A program made the translations under genes and the position numbers. From positions 83,080,001-83,144,000 of the forward strand of contig OZ024746.1 of assembly GCA_964016885.1 (NCBI GenBank): a DNA stretch of 64,000 nucleotides, written 5' to 3'. Source of the DNA: Eledone cirrhosa (taxonomy: Eukaryota). Shown here in pieces: positions 29,529 through 43,456 of this stretch; positions within the stretch are counted from its first letter, which is position 1; every line of letters starts with the position of its first letter. The notes below the pieces were generated by a model. It did no database searches. It was given only the letters and a program-made list of their open reading frames with translations, and had not been told where the DNA came from.

Positions 29529-30447
29529 TGTATGTGTGTGTATGTATATGTCTGTGTCTGTGTCTCTGTGTGTGTCTGTGTGTGTGTTTGTGTGTGTCTC
29601 TGTGGGTGTCTGTGTCTCTGTCCCTGTGTGTGTCTGTGTGCGTGTGTGTGTGTGTGTGTGTATGTGTGTATGTGTGTGTGTGTTTGTATCTGTGTCTGTG
29701 TGTGTATGTGTGTCTGTCTCTGTGTGTGCGTGTGTCTGTCTGTCTGTGTCTCTGTGTGTGTCTGTGTCTGTGTGTGTGTATGTGTGTATGTGTGTATGTG
29801 TGTATGTGTGTGTGTGTATGTGTGTGTCCATCGTCAAAGTAATTAGTTAATTGGATCACTATCAGCCCCTTGGTATATGATCATTATATCTTATTAGGAA
29901 TTTGACCCTGGGCATTAATTTCGGCTAATCCCCCGGACACCACCACCACCACCACCACCACCTCCACCCTCACTGAGTAAATAAAAACTCGTCCCTATAA
30001 CATCGACACTACCACTAACTATCATTGACACTACCCTTAACATATTCCGTCATTGGTCGGCCTCCACCCCGCCATTACCCGCTTAACATCACGTTTTCTT
30101 ATCCACCCTCACCCATCTTCCATTCCACTCCTCCATCCTATACAAAAGATGTCACCACCATTGTAAATCTCAAACTCAAATCAGATATCATTCCTTGAAT
30201 GAAATAGCTCCCTCTCGCTATCCCTCTCTCTCACCCCCCTCTCTCTCTCTCTCTCTCTCTCTCCATATATATATATATGTATATATGTCTGTGTGTGTGT
30301 GTGTGTATACAAAACTTGAATATATTGTGTATACGTAGATATATATATATATATATATATATTACTCTTTTACTCTTTTGCCATCCAGCTGAGGCCATGC
30401 TGGGGCACCGATATATACGTATACACTTATATATTCAAATTCTGTAT

Positions 30448-30486
<39 letters not shown>

Positions 30487-30927
30487 CACATATATATATT
30501 ACAAAATTTATTTTTGTTGACAATGGTAAAATTGATGTATTTGGCTTCGAAATATTTTCATAGATTACTTCTATATATATATGGTCATAAATATTATAAA
30601 TTCTATATCTAAAGTTGCACAACAACTTTACAACGTACACAAGGGTTGTATGAAGGAAAATTCCGAAAATGAATATTTCTCCACCGTGTTGACAACTTGG
30701 TTGAAGTATTTATTTGATAGTTGATTTTGAGAATACTTCATTTACCTAATATACAAGCATTCTACGATTTAGTTTAAAGCATGTATTTTTTGTTAGATTC
30801 TTGATTAATTCTCAAACTAAACTTAAAAACCGAGATTAAAATTCAATCTATTTCTTTTTCATCATTCTAGAGCCGATAAAATCAGTACCAGTAATATATA
30901 CAGGAATTGATTCAAGCATAATACGTT

Positions 30928-31141
30928 ATTGTTTCTACTTTTGGCACAAGGCCAGCAATTATCCCAGTGTATTACTGGTACTTTATTTTATCGACCCCGT
31001 AAGGATGAAAGGCAAAGTTAACCTCGGCGGGATTTGAACTCAGACCATAAAGGGCCGTAACTCTTTGCTGCAAAGCATAAGACGTTATTACCAGTAATAC
31101 ACTGGGATAATTGCTGGCCTTGTGCCAACAGTAGAAACAAT
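30928..31141. mobile_element. 5'-truncated SINE S1 (minus strand) plus an inverted copy of its 3' 53 bp
   Basis: 30928-30980 is the reverse complement of 31089-31141 (1 mismatch). Confidence 0.85.
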
Positions 31142-32317
31142 TATTTGTTTGGAATGCTGTTTTATAATGGTGCTGATTGTCGGATGTCATGGCAAGTGTT
31201 GATGATGGTGTCTTTCATTGAAGTAGTGCATCTAGAATTGTATCCACATTTTCCAAAGTGTCCTGTATCTGTTTAAAGAGAATAAGATGTGGTTTGAGGA
31301 AAATCTGGTTTCTAATTGTAGCAGGTTGAGCGACCGTGCAAATGATCCCTCAGTAACTCATGGGGGGGGGGGGGGGGAGGGTGTTGCGGTGAATGTTCGA
31401 AGCTGAAATAGGAAGTGATGGTGTCTGAGGGGGGGGGGGTAGAGACTATTTTGGAGATGAGGACAATATTGAGTGAGAGTTGTGATGATAAAGATGGTAG
31501 TGAATGCTGATGAAGATAATAATATTGATAGTGAATGGTAGTTAACGATTACCAAAGTGGTGACATAATCAGATTGTCAGCGATGTAAAGAAGAAGGAAA
31601 TAATTTGATAATAAATAAATAGATTAATTAGTTAATTTAATTTAATTTACTCCCTTAAATAAGGTTGTAGGTATCATGTCAACCGGAATCAACCTCAAAG
31701 TCAGAGATTCCTCCAAGAGACGTTAACCTCTAGAACTATGACGAAATATAACGATAGTGTGTAGAGAAAGATGGAGGGCAAGAAGATAGATTAAACAGAG
31801 AGAAAGGAGATCAATGGTGGGTGGGAAAGGAGGGGAGAATAAGGCCGGGGTTAAGGTTTGAGAAAGTGAGAGAAGAGCAGGAGAAAATATTAAAGGAGCG
31901 GAAGAGGAAGGGGAAGAGAATAAGGTGGGTTTACCGGAAGAAAATCTGTTAGAAGAGTGTGTTTAGTGCTATTAATCACAGTTAGGCGCTGACAGGGTAC
32001 ACTTGACAGAGAAGGAATATGTTTAAACTGGGGCCACCATGGCGTAGTCATGTAATAACCTTTAATATTAGCGTCTCTAATGAAGTGTCATTTTTGACAA
32101 ACTGGATACACTACCCCCTTATGTGGCTTAGTGTCTTATGATTGCCTCACTGTCATGGCGGTGGTAGTAGCGGTGGTCATGGCAATGGTGGTGGTGCTGG
32201 TCGTCATCTTCGTGGTAGGGGAGAAACAACTTAAATGGAAAGACAATTCTCCCCCCCCCCCTCTCTCTCTCTCTCTCCCCCTCTCTCTCTATCTCTTTCT
32301 CTTTCTCTCTCAATATA

Positions 32318-32370
<53 letters not shown>

Positions 32371-32401
32371 ATATGTGTATGTGTGTATGTATGTATGTAT
32401 G

Positions 32402-32463
<62 letters not shown>

Positions 32464-32479
32464 GATAGATAGATAGATA

Positions 32480-32587
<108 letters not shown>

Positions 32588-32642
32588 GATAGATATGTGT
32601 GTGTGTGTGTGTATGTATGTATATATATATATATATATATAC

Positions 32643-32685
<43 letters not shown>

Positions 32686-32807
32686 TGTATATACATATAT
32701 AAATATTCACACATACACATACATACATATGTGTGTATGTGTGTGTGTATATATATATATATACATATATATATATAGATAGATAGATATGTGTGTGTGT
32801 GTGTATG

Positions 32808-32854
<47 letters not shown>

Positions 32855-32855
32855 T

Positions 32856-32925
<70 letters not shown>

Positions 32926-32928
<3 letters not shown>

Positions 32929-33050
32929 CGAAGGAAATGTGGTAAGGAACCAGGTGGACCATAACGCACCAAAGTACTCAATACTTAGGGTAGTAGAGTG
33001 GGTAATAGGAACGAGTAGGACCCCGACGGCTAATTGAATTAGCCGTCGTT

Positions 33051-33054
<4 letters not shown>
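32926..33054 (-). mobile_element. Family B mini-element (short hairpin form)
   Basis: Same tail; CGACGGCTAATT-G-AATTAGCCGTCG hairpin; TA flanks. Confidence 0.8.
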
Positions 33055-33093
<39 letters not shown>

Positions 33094-33159
33094 GCATGTA
33101 TATACATATATAAATATTCACACATACACATACATACATATGTGTGTAAGTGTGTGTAT

Positions 33160-33359
<200 letters not shown>

Positions 33360-33604
33360 CTAAATGCTGCTTGCTCTTATTTTCTTATATTCTGTTCATT
33401 TTATTCTTTCGCGTATCTGAATTTTTCTTTTGTTTATTATTTAAATTGGAAAGAGTCAGATGTGCAGTGAATAGATATTACTGTATGTCTCCTTTATTAT
33501 TAATTTATTTACTCTCAATATTATTGTTGTAGGTGTTGTTAATGTCGTTTAGTTATGTCTAAGCTGCTGGTACCTCCCTTCGTATGGATTGATGCATATT
33601 CATA

Positions 33605-33638
<34 letters not shown>

Positions 33639-33699
33639 TGTGAGAGTGTGTGTGTGTGTGTGTGTGTTTGAGGGTATGAGATATATATGCACATAATAT

Positions 33700-33774
<75 letters not shown>

Positions 33775-34002
33775 TATATATATGTATAATATACATATAA
33801 TATATATATATGTATATATAACATATATATATATATGTATATATAACATATACATATATATATATATAACATATATAACATATATATATGCACATAATAT
33901 ACATAAAACGTATATATATACGTTTTATGTATATTATGTGCATATATATGTGATATATGTTATATATGTTATATATGTTATATATATATATATGTATATG
34001 TT

Positions 34003-34082
<80 letters not shown>

Positions 34083-34188
34083 CATATTATATATATATAT
34101 GTATATATAACATGTCTATATAACATATATATACATATACACACACACGCACTGTACATACATGTATTTACGTGTGCGTGTGTGTATG

Positions 34189-34219
<31 letters not shown>

Positions 34220-34570
34220 TTGTGTGTGTGTGTAATTCTTTACTTAAATCCGACAAACATCTCGCTTCTAGAGGTGACGACTTTGGTAATTGCCAATTCT
34301 TCTGATATATGTTAAAAGCCAAGAAGGTGTCAAGAGAGAACTCTGTGGAACCAGCAATCTAAGACACCCTACCTCGTCTCAAAATACTTTTCATTCATTT
34401 TTAAATAAACATACACAAATTCTCATTTGCAGGCATGCATATAGATATATACGTCTGTGTGCGTCAATATATGTATACACACACACATACATATATATAT
34501 ATGTATATATTTATATGTGCAAATATAAACATATATACAAATATATATAAATATGTTTGTATATAGATGT

Positions 34571-34602
<32 letters not shown>

Positions 34603-34635
34603 CAAATATATACATATAGGCAAATATATATACAA

Positions 34636-34666
<31 letters not shown>

Positions 34667-37600
34667 TATGTATATATGTGTGTATATATATATGTTATAT
34701 GTATATATATATATATATATGTATGTAGCCGTTCATTTCGATTCGTACTCTATTGCACATCGCCCCCCTGTTTCCAGTAGCGTAGCATATCGGTTTTTCA
34801 ACAAGAAGTTACTAGGCTCTCGCTCAACTTCTTCGCCACTTGTGTAGAACGGGAAGCTAGGAGCAATCTCCCACGACCCTTCTAATCGTATACATATTTA
34901 GAGAAAGAGAGAGAAATAAGGAATATATACATATATATGTGTATATATATATATATGTGTGTGTGTGTGTGGGGGGGGGGGTGTTGTGTATCACTTACGC
35001 TAACAGATACGAATGCAAACAGAGATGTACATACACGAACAGTTTACAATATAGAAATATATGCGTACATATATGTGTATGTTTGTGTGTATCCACGTTT
35101 GTGCGTATGTGTGTATATGAGTGTGTACATATTTATATATATATATATATATACCCAAATATGTATGTGTATGCATGTATGTATGGCTGGTCATATGTAT
35201 GTATGTTTGTACGTAGTGCATATACATGTATATGTATGTATAGTATCGTACACAATTTGATTGTCCAATTAAGTGTTCAAACTTTATTTGATAAATTACA
35301 TTCACTACATTGCATCTATGTGAAACGAAACCAACAAGAATTGAAAGAGAAGAAAAGAAAAAATGTTGAGAGAAAGAGCAAACAAAATGGCTGACTTCTT
35401 TTTATAGCAAATGTTTGTATGGAATAAAAACAATTTCTTCTTCTTCTTCTTCTTCTTCTTCTTCTTCTTCTTCTTCTTCTTCTTCTTCTTCTTCTTCTTC
35501 TTCTTCTTCTTCTTCTTCTTCTTCTTCTTCTTCTTCTAATTATTATTATTATTATTATTATTCAAATTCTTCTTACATATTTGTTCCTAAACTGGAAGTG
35601 GCAAAGTGTGTTTAAATTTGAAGAACATGATTGGTTTGAAAACAATTGATTGTTGATTTGTTGATGATGTTATTATTCATGTCTTTGTTGCCATCATCAT
35701 TGTGCTGGTGGTGAGGTGTATTTTGTTATATTGTTCCTCGAAGAACAGAACCTGAGACTCCGGTTCTTATTCCTAGTTGAGTAAACAATTCCTTTTACTT
35801 TCACTTAGGTCATTATTAACTTTTGAAGAAGTGTCTAATTCTTCCTCACGTATAGTACACTCATTTCTTTTACATGCTTTCGCAGTAGCATTTATACAAA
35901 ATGAAATTGGGCACATTCGTGAATTTGTTTAAATGTTCATTGGCGATGTATGATGAATTATTTCAAATGAGATCCAAAACTTATTCATAAACTTAGGTAG
36001 CCAATTGTATTTTATCTACATCTATGAATTTTGCCTTACATCAGCCGGGAACTCGTGGGTATTTTACGGTTTAACACTACCCGCTACATACTCCCCTGGT
36101 TATATTTGATAATCCCTGGTTTGTTGATAGTGCTACTGTTTTACTATATCGATAGGGTCTTGGATTTCTTATTTCATATTTCTACCTTTAGCTTAAGTTC
36201 TCTTTGTTCTTTTAACAGACAGATTTGTCACCGGTTTAGGGAAAAGAATAACAAAAACTTATATTCTATTTGGTGTTTATCCTCTCTTACAATTTTTTTA
36301 TAAATTCGTTTTGCACATTACAACTCTTTTGTCACCACATCCTTGTTTTAATGTGTATGTGTGTTCGTATGTGTGAGTGAGTGTGAGTGTGTGTGTGTGT
36401 GTGCTATATGGTTATTTGCGCCTATGTTTATTTGAAATAGTTTTAATATCAACATTTCAGGTGTCCATGCCATATAGAAAGCTACAAACGGTACGTTTAT
36501 ATACTACAGGGGATGACGATTCAAAAAGAAATCACCCTTGTCATATATTACATAAGCATGCCTGCGACTTCAGGTCCTACATGTTCAGTTAAAGAAAGAA
36601 ATCAAGATTAGATAGACGTAGTTAGAATCATATACTTGATTTGTATATTGCTATAAATAGTTGCAAAATAGGTTTCAATTTTTATTTTATTTTCATCTAT
36701 TGATATTTCGTTTACCAAATATATAAAATATACAATTGTCCAGACACTGACATTGTATTTATAACTAGCAGCAATTTATAACTCGGCAATTACTGAGTTT
36801 AGAAATAACTTAAATGAATTAAACCATTGAAATATTTTAGTCTGTCTCCACTTTTAGAAATTAAACTCGACTCAATTCAAATATGATTTTTATTTTATGA
36901 TTACAGACTGTATAATATCTGAAAGTATGTATTTCAGACAAAATACTAACGATTCAATGATAATGTTTTTTTCTATGAGAAACACTTTAAGTTAATCTTA
37001 TAACACTATTGAACAGTCCATTTAATGTTAACTCAGAGAAAAATTGAGTCACAATATTCAAGCTGGATAATTTAAAAAACTGATTTTGACTTTTCTTAAT
37101 ATAAATCTGATAAGAAATTGTTTCTTAAATTGCTATAGGAAAAATTTGGTGAAAGTTCGTTCAAAACTTATTTCCAGGGCCACTTTGTTTGTTCTGTTCC
37201 TTTCGTTGTTTCTTCGCTGGAGACTTTTTTCAGCTGATATTGACACTCTGTATTGCAGTGTATCACTTCCAAACAGTTATATTTTTCATTACTCTCGACA
37301 TTGTATGGCTAAGTAAAAAGAAAGAAAATTACAATAAAAATTCGCACACTTAACACCTTAAAGAGTTAATAATCAAAACTAAATTACTAAGTATCAGTAA
37401 CCATAACGAAACCTCGGAACGAATTCTATCGAGACAATAGAAGTTCAGAAACATAGTGCTATGTAGAGAAGAGGTGAAAACAATGTACTATATCGCATTC
37501 ATTCTGTATGCACTTAATCTGGTTGGAAAACGTGAGAAACAACAAAGTAACAATAAAGGGAAATTTAATGTGACTTACACAAATATTTCAAAATTTAGCT

Positions 37601-37832
37601 AACTAAAACGTATTTATTACTCCTAAAAATATATAATACAACGATTAGAAAAAATTTAAATAAATGAACAGTAATATAAATAAATGACATAGTTTATTAT
37701 GTATTGCAAGGCCTAGTGAAGAAAAAATAATAGATGATAACAGAAAATGTATATACATTATATATTGAACGTATTATATAATTTTTTGAATAAATTTTGA
37801 GAAGAGAATTACAGAAACTCCATTTAAATAAA

Positions 37833-38040
37833 CAGGGTGTCTCTAAAATCTGGACACATAGGAAATATCACTATTTATAACTAATTATATGTTTGCTCCG
37901 CAGATTAAATATGAGTTTGTCGAAAGAAGAAAGGATTGAACCAGTACTTCTCTGGGCATGAAAGATGCCCATATCGAAAGATATCAGATGTTTTTAATAC
38001 ATGTCATCCCAGAAGGACTTCAGACTTTAGGAACACCCTG
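37833..38040 (+). mobile_element. Tc1/mariner internal-deletion derivative (MITE)
   Basis: TIRs CAGGGTGTCTCTAAAATCTG / CAGACTTTAGGAACACCCTG; residual transposase-like N-terminus MSLSKEERIE at about 37911. Confidence 0.7.
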
Positions 38041-38492
38041 TGTATATAAAACTACATGAAAACGTTCTCCACATGCAAAGAAAATGAACATAGAAAAGAC
38101 AATATAATGAAGTAGTTGAGTAAGTACTAACATGTAAGTCAGTCTATTTCTCAATACAGAGGGGTGTTTTCAATTGTTTATTTGAAGCCTCAATTACAAA
38201 TCCAAAGCCAGTTACACTAGTACTAGATTTGATACTGAGGTTTCGAATATACAGAATTCACATTTAAATCTCCTTTACCCTTTTACCTGTTCCAACCTAC
38301 GAGGTGTAGCCATACTATAGCGTTTTTTTTTTAAAGTTTAAGTAAAACAATAATAAAGCGTTCAATATCATATAAGCAAATTTTCTGTTCTGGCTTTTTC
38401 TAAAAGTGAGTTAAGAAGAAAAGGATACACACACTTGCAAATAGTATTATATATATATATATATAATTAACCGTATATATATTATTTACAGT

Positions 38493-38764
38493 CTAAGTCT
38501 AAAGTCTGTCTTAAGCTAAAAGGCTCATTTGGCCGGTGCTTATCTCGGTTTGATGGCGTGAAGCGACTGAGAGCACAAGACTCCCCCCTGGACAGGACGC
38601 CAGTCCATTGCAGGATTAAACCCCCAGCTATTGCTGGTCCTCATTTTCAGCTGAGTATACTAGAGCAACGTGACGTGAAGTGTTTCGAACACAACACAGG
38701 AATCGAACCCACGACATTATGATCGTAAGTCCAACACCCTTACCACTAGGCCACGTGCCTCCAC
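38493..38764 (-). mobile_element. tRNA-derived SINE S3 with V-domain-like body
   Basis: Minus strand: TGGCCTAGTGG A-box, GGTTCGATTCC B-box, CCTGCAATGGACTGGCGTCCTGTCCAGGGG; 13-bp TSD TATTATT(T/C)ACAGT at 38480-38492 / 38765-38777. Confidence 0.8.
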
Positions 38765-39299
38765 TATTATTCACAGTACATTTTTGAAAATTTGATTATA
38801 TGTATACAACAATACAAAATTCTGATACGTTTATTAAATTATCAGCTTAAATTCAAATAGGAGGTTGATAAATGAATGGTATCCTTCCAATTGAAAATAA
38901 ATCCCAGCCCCTTTTTTTCTACACTAATTATAGCTGCTTTGCTGTTGATTTCCAATTCAGAATATGTTAGTCACCATGTTATTTCTGTCCGTGTCGGCTA
39001 TTGGCTGCTGCACTGCATTTTGTGAAGTACTTAATGTTTCTATTATACAAACATTATACAAATTTAACCAAGCTTGTATCCTTGTATAATAATGGTAGTA
39101 GCTGTGGTGATGGGGATGATGACGCAGTCACAGTTGCTATTATTGTTGTTGTTGTAATACTATATCCATGTGTTAAAACCAACAAGCGGGCTGGGGTCGA
39201 AAGATGACATATACCAGAAATTGAAAACGATCGGTGTTTTGAAGTGACATCATTAACTATACAGCCAGGTCTGTGCCCGTATATACCTATATTTATTCC

Positions 39300-39960
39300 A
39301 TTATTTTTGTCTTGTGCGCCCCGATTTACATACTTGTTTTTATCAACAAATTCATCCTTTTATGATCCAAGGTAAAAAGCCTTACAACAAGCCTTTCCAA
39401 ATATATCTTGTTTTTTTTTAAGAAACAAGTCCAACTGTGTTTAAAACCATCTTAAAACATGTTCTGCCATAATTGCACGGCATTTTGTGATTAAACTGTG
39501 CTTAAATGAGAAGTTACTCATCTTAAAATGTTTAGATAAAAAGTCTGATATGTTAGGATCTCATAGACATGCTTCAGAAAACTTACATTGTAACAGACAT
39601 CTCAAAAAGGATAATTCCTCAAATTTTTAGAACAATGGATCTCTTTGTGTTCATTTTTTAGTGTATTTTGTTTAAATTTACCATTCTTATTTATAATTTT
39701 GAGTTATTTCACTTGAGTGGTAAGATATCTTTTACTGTTTTAGTTATACATTTCTCTTTTCTTCTTATATGCTTCCTTATTTATGTTTTTTATATTTTAT
39801 TTATATATTTTTGTGTATAGATATTTATATCTTTTCATTTCACGTTAATTTCATGGGCAGGCTCTTCTCTTCTGTTGATAGAACAACTGAAACACTCGTC
39901 GTTGGAAGCGCCGGAGATCCACTACGTTGCGGTTTCGATTTTCATTTGATGGCTGCCGTT
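39300..39960 (+). pseudogene. Decayed Penelope-like element: endonuclease C-terminus and 3' region
   Basis: Frameshifted TSLSKYI...KLCLNEKLLILK...KKSDMLGSHRH, resembling the PLE CxLCLxEK...NKRSE...CRH tail; degenerate hammerhead CTGTTGA..GAAACactcGTC at 39872-39900. Confidence 0.55.
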
Positions 39961-40713
39961 AAATTTTAACTCATTTGAAAATATTCAAATATACTAAAGT
40001 TTCTGCGCGTGGGTAGCTAATATCATTAAGTATGAATGTTAAAATTCACTTTTCCAATAACATTAATAATTATTCCCATATAACAAATTTCCATTATTAT
40101 GAAAAAAATATTAAAATAAAATGAAATTAAATTCAATAATAGGAATTATTATCATAATCCTTATTGCCATTATTATTATTATTATTACCATTATTATTAT
40201 TATTATTATTATTATTAGTGCAGGCCACATCATCCCCATCGTCAACATCAGCGTCCTATACAATATCAATAACAAGTAGTTAAATGTCTTTAAGTTTTCC
40301 ACTCGTCTACCTATTTTCACCAGGCTGAACTTTTATCTCGTAAATTTTAACGCAGAAATATATAGAAAAATAAAATAAATAAAGGAATAAAGAGAAAATA
40401 TCCGATGTATTTTGTTCATACGTCATCAGAGGTTAAAGGTTAAAGTATTGCTGCCTCATAAATATTTTGGAATGTTCGAGAAACTTCTTTCATTGCTGCA
40501 GCCGATTTCTTAAATGTTTACACGCGCGCATGCACACTCCTTAGCACTTACACAAACACACAGAAATACATATGTATGTATGTATATATATATATATATG
40601 GGGGGGGGGGGGGTCGATGTCGTCGTGGTGATGTGATGATGATGATGACGACGAAGAGGATGCTGTTGCTGCTGCTGTTGATGATGATGATGATGATGAT
40701 GCTGCTGATGATA

Positions 40714-40744
<31 letters not shown>

Positions 40745-41188
40745 CAATGATTGTGATTGTGATGATGTTGGCAGTGGTGATTCAGGAAGTGTGGCAATGC
40801 TGATCTTAATAAAGAAGTCGTTTTATTCAATTTTACATTTTTATGTTTCTGTTTTAGTTTAGTTTTAATTCTATATTTTCCAGAGAGCGTGTTAGGATCA
40901 GAGACAACCATCATATACTTTCTACTTGGCCTTCGTTTTATGTTTATGTGTATTTGTTATTTAATAGCAGTCTTTAAAATTTGTTAATGTTTATGTTTTT
41001 TCCTTTTGATTTTTCCTGTGCATATCCAACTAAACCAGCCCAGACGCCAGGAAGTTCACTGTTTTGGTAAACCTTACTACAGTTGCTATAAATCCCTGCA
41101 TACTTACTCTCTATGGTCACATGTACAAAAACCAGGAAGCTGTTTGGAAGTAGTGCCTCCTTGCTTGTAAATAATAATGATAATAATA

Positions 41189-41372
41189 ATTGTTTCTACT
41201 TTTGGCACAAGGCCAGCAATTATCCCAGTGTATTACTGGTACTTTATTTAATCGAGACCCCGTAAGGATGAAAGACAAAGTTAACCTCGACAGGTTTTGA
41301 ACTCAGATCATAAAGGGCCGTAACTCTTTGCTGTAAAGCATGGCGTCCGACCCTCTACCGAGACTGCCAATG
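41189..41372 (-). mobile_element. SINE S1
   Basis: Complete head, core and tail. Confidence 0.9.
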
Positions 41373-41431
41373 CAATAATAATAACACCATCAACAACAAT
41401 AACAACAGCAATTATTATTAGTAATAGTAAT

Positions 41432-41608
41432 CGGCAGTATCGGTAGAGGGTCGGATACCATGCTTTGACGCATAGAGTTACGGCCCTTGCCATTCTGAGT
41501 TCAAATCCTGCCGAGGTTAACTTTGCCTTTCATCCTTACGGGGTCGATAAAATAAAGTACCAGTAATGCACTGGGATAATTTCTGGCGTTGTGCCTAAAG
41601 TAGAAACA
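41432..41608 (+). mobile_element. SINE S1 with 18-bp TSD
   Basis: ATTATTAGTAATAGTAAT at 41414-41431 and 41609-41626. Confidence 0.9.
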
Positions 41609-41626
41609 ATTATTAGTAATAGTAAT

Positions 41627-42410
41627 TGTAAAATCACACACAACTGCTTAGGATCAAGTACCATGCGCTCGTCGTGGTCCGCCAAAGACCGGATTGTCAT
41701 TTGGTTGCCACGCCTCACCTCCGCTACTCGAGCCCATCTAACGGCTTTCGTTCCCTCGTGTCTGGGCGCCTGCGCCCTAGCTCTGACAACGCAACCTTCG
41801 TGCTTAGCGTTGAAAAACTTTTCAAGGGCCAATCTCACTGCAAGCACGTCGGATGTAATGCATTTTCTAAGTGCCTCTCTAGTTTTCTAACTAGTTCTCC
41901 CTCTACTCTAGTTTTCTTTGGCGTTACAGCCTTATTAAACCTTATATATTGTCATCTAATAGTCATTTTCATGGCAAATCATTTGTTGTTGACGATTGCT
42001 CTCGTCAACGCCTGCTTAGCTAATTCACTAATCCGGTATTTGTAATCTTTGCACGCCGGGAATGCCTCCTTCTGCGTCCAGTACCCGCGTCCACGTCTAT
42101 GAAGGCTATCTAGATCGACTACACAGATTACAAATTTGTGGTCTATGTAGTCGACTACTTTGAATTGTGGATAATCTATAGGTAATCTATTTGCCACCAG
42201 AATACCCTCTCTAGATACAATCTGTCCATTTCCACATTGGCACATTCGGGAAATCAAGTCGGTACCTGTCAGACAGATGGAAACGTTTGAGCAGGTTCAC
42301 AAAGCTTTTACAACCTTTTCTCCTATCTGCTAGTCCTATACAGTCTCAGCGGGCATTGAAGATACCATTCCAGTCGGCCACTAACACTAGAAAGGTCTCA
42401 GAGTGAATAT
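41627..42410 (-). pseudogene. L1/Tx1-clade LINE ORF2 fragment (APE end and linker)
   Basis: LVADWNGI (GDxN-like), DHKFV, GRGYW (GxWKLN-like), GCVVRARA...EG; stops and frameshifts. Confidence 0.75.
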
Positions 42411-42416
42411 ATACCA

Positions 42417-42453
<37 letters not shown>

Positions 42454-42614
42454 CAAAGAGGGTGTGGTAAGATACTAGGTGGACCATAACGCACCAGAGT
42501 ACTTAATACGTAGGACAGTAGAGCGGGTAATATGAAAAGAGTCAGGACCCCGACGGCGGAGCTCCGGTCGTTTCAACAGCCGGAGCTCAGCCGTCGGAGT
42601 CTTGACTCTTTTCA
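42454..42614 (-). mobile_element. Family B fold-back mini-element
   Basis: GGTGGACCATAACGCACCAGAGTACT tail and inverted arms; TA flanks. Confidence 0.8.
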
Positions 42615-42746
42615 TATATATATATATATATATATATTCGTTTGCAAATATAAAAACTGGAAAGATGTAGGTGAAAAAGTTATATCAGCTCAAAATACGA
42701 TAATTTATTATAATAAACTGTATACGCGGTTACATTCAATTTTAAA

Positions 42747-42800
<54 letters not shown>

Positions 42801-42805
<5 letters not shown>

Positions 42806-43115
42806 CCTAATGTGCAAGCTTATCTATACGTAGAGTGAATTTTTACATTAAATGTGTTAGTTATACCATAATTTAATTTACATATGTTTCATCCTAATGG
42901 TGCCCGTCGGAATTAAACAAGATATAAATACCTCAACAAGTTCATCTCATCTAAACGCAAAACATGCCGGAGAACGTTTCCTGTACATTTTACACCCTTT
43001 TCTACTATCTGCTAGTCCTACACGCATCCAAAATACCGTTCCAAACGCTGAGGATGAAACATATGTAAATTAAATTACGATATAACTAACAATGTTTGGT
43101 AACATATTTAATGTA
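42801..43115. mobile_element. Fold-back mini-element, family E
   Basis: Arms 42855-42895 / 43051-43091 with GAAA-CATATG-TA hammerhead 3' half; the spacer holds LINE-like sequence. Confidence 0.7.
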
Positions 43116-43213
43116 ATATATACATACATATATATATACTTACTTATTTTATATATATATATAAAATAAGTAAGTCTAACATGTAAAATTTGGCTTCGTT
43201 TATTATAGATTCT

Positions 43214-43268
43214 CTGCTATATATATATTTCGCTGACAGCCATTATTGGCTGTGACCTCTTCAGGCGG
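43214..43268 (-). ncRNA. Hammerhead ribozyme with (UA)5 stem III
   Basis: Minus strand: ccgc CUGAAGA ggucacagcc-aauaau-ggcugucagc GAAA (UA)5 gcag. Confidence 0.65.
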
Positions 43269-43456
43269 TCCGAATTAATGTGGAAAAGAGAGGTAAACAT
43301 GTTGAAATGTGTTCCGAGGAACTGGAATCATATATGATAGGATTCCAGTTCCTCGGAGGACTAACAACACACCCAGGAGCTGGACATATCGATGTATTGA
43401 CAGAGTGGAACGCATTTCAACAACATGTTTACCTCTCTTTTCCACATTAATACGGA

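Noticed and set aside
38690-38764. tRNA gene
   Set aside because: It is the head of a SINE with body, tail and TSD; no full cloverleaf.
43048-43067. CTGAGGA-T-GAAACATATGTA as a complete hammerhead
   Set aside because: Only 1 nt for stem II and no stem I; the CTG comes from the junction with the spacer.
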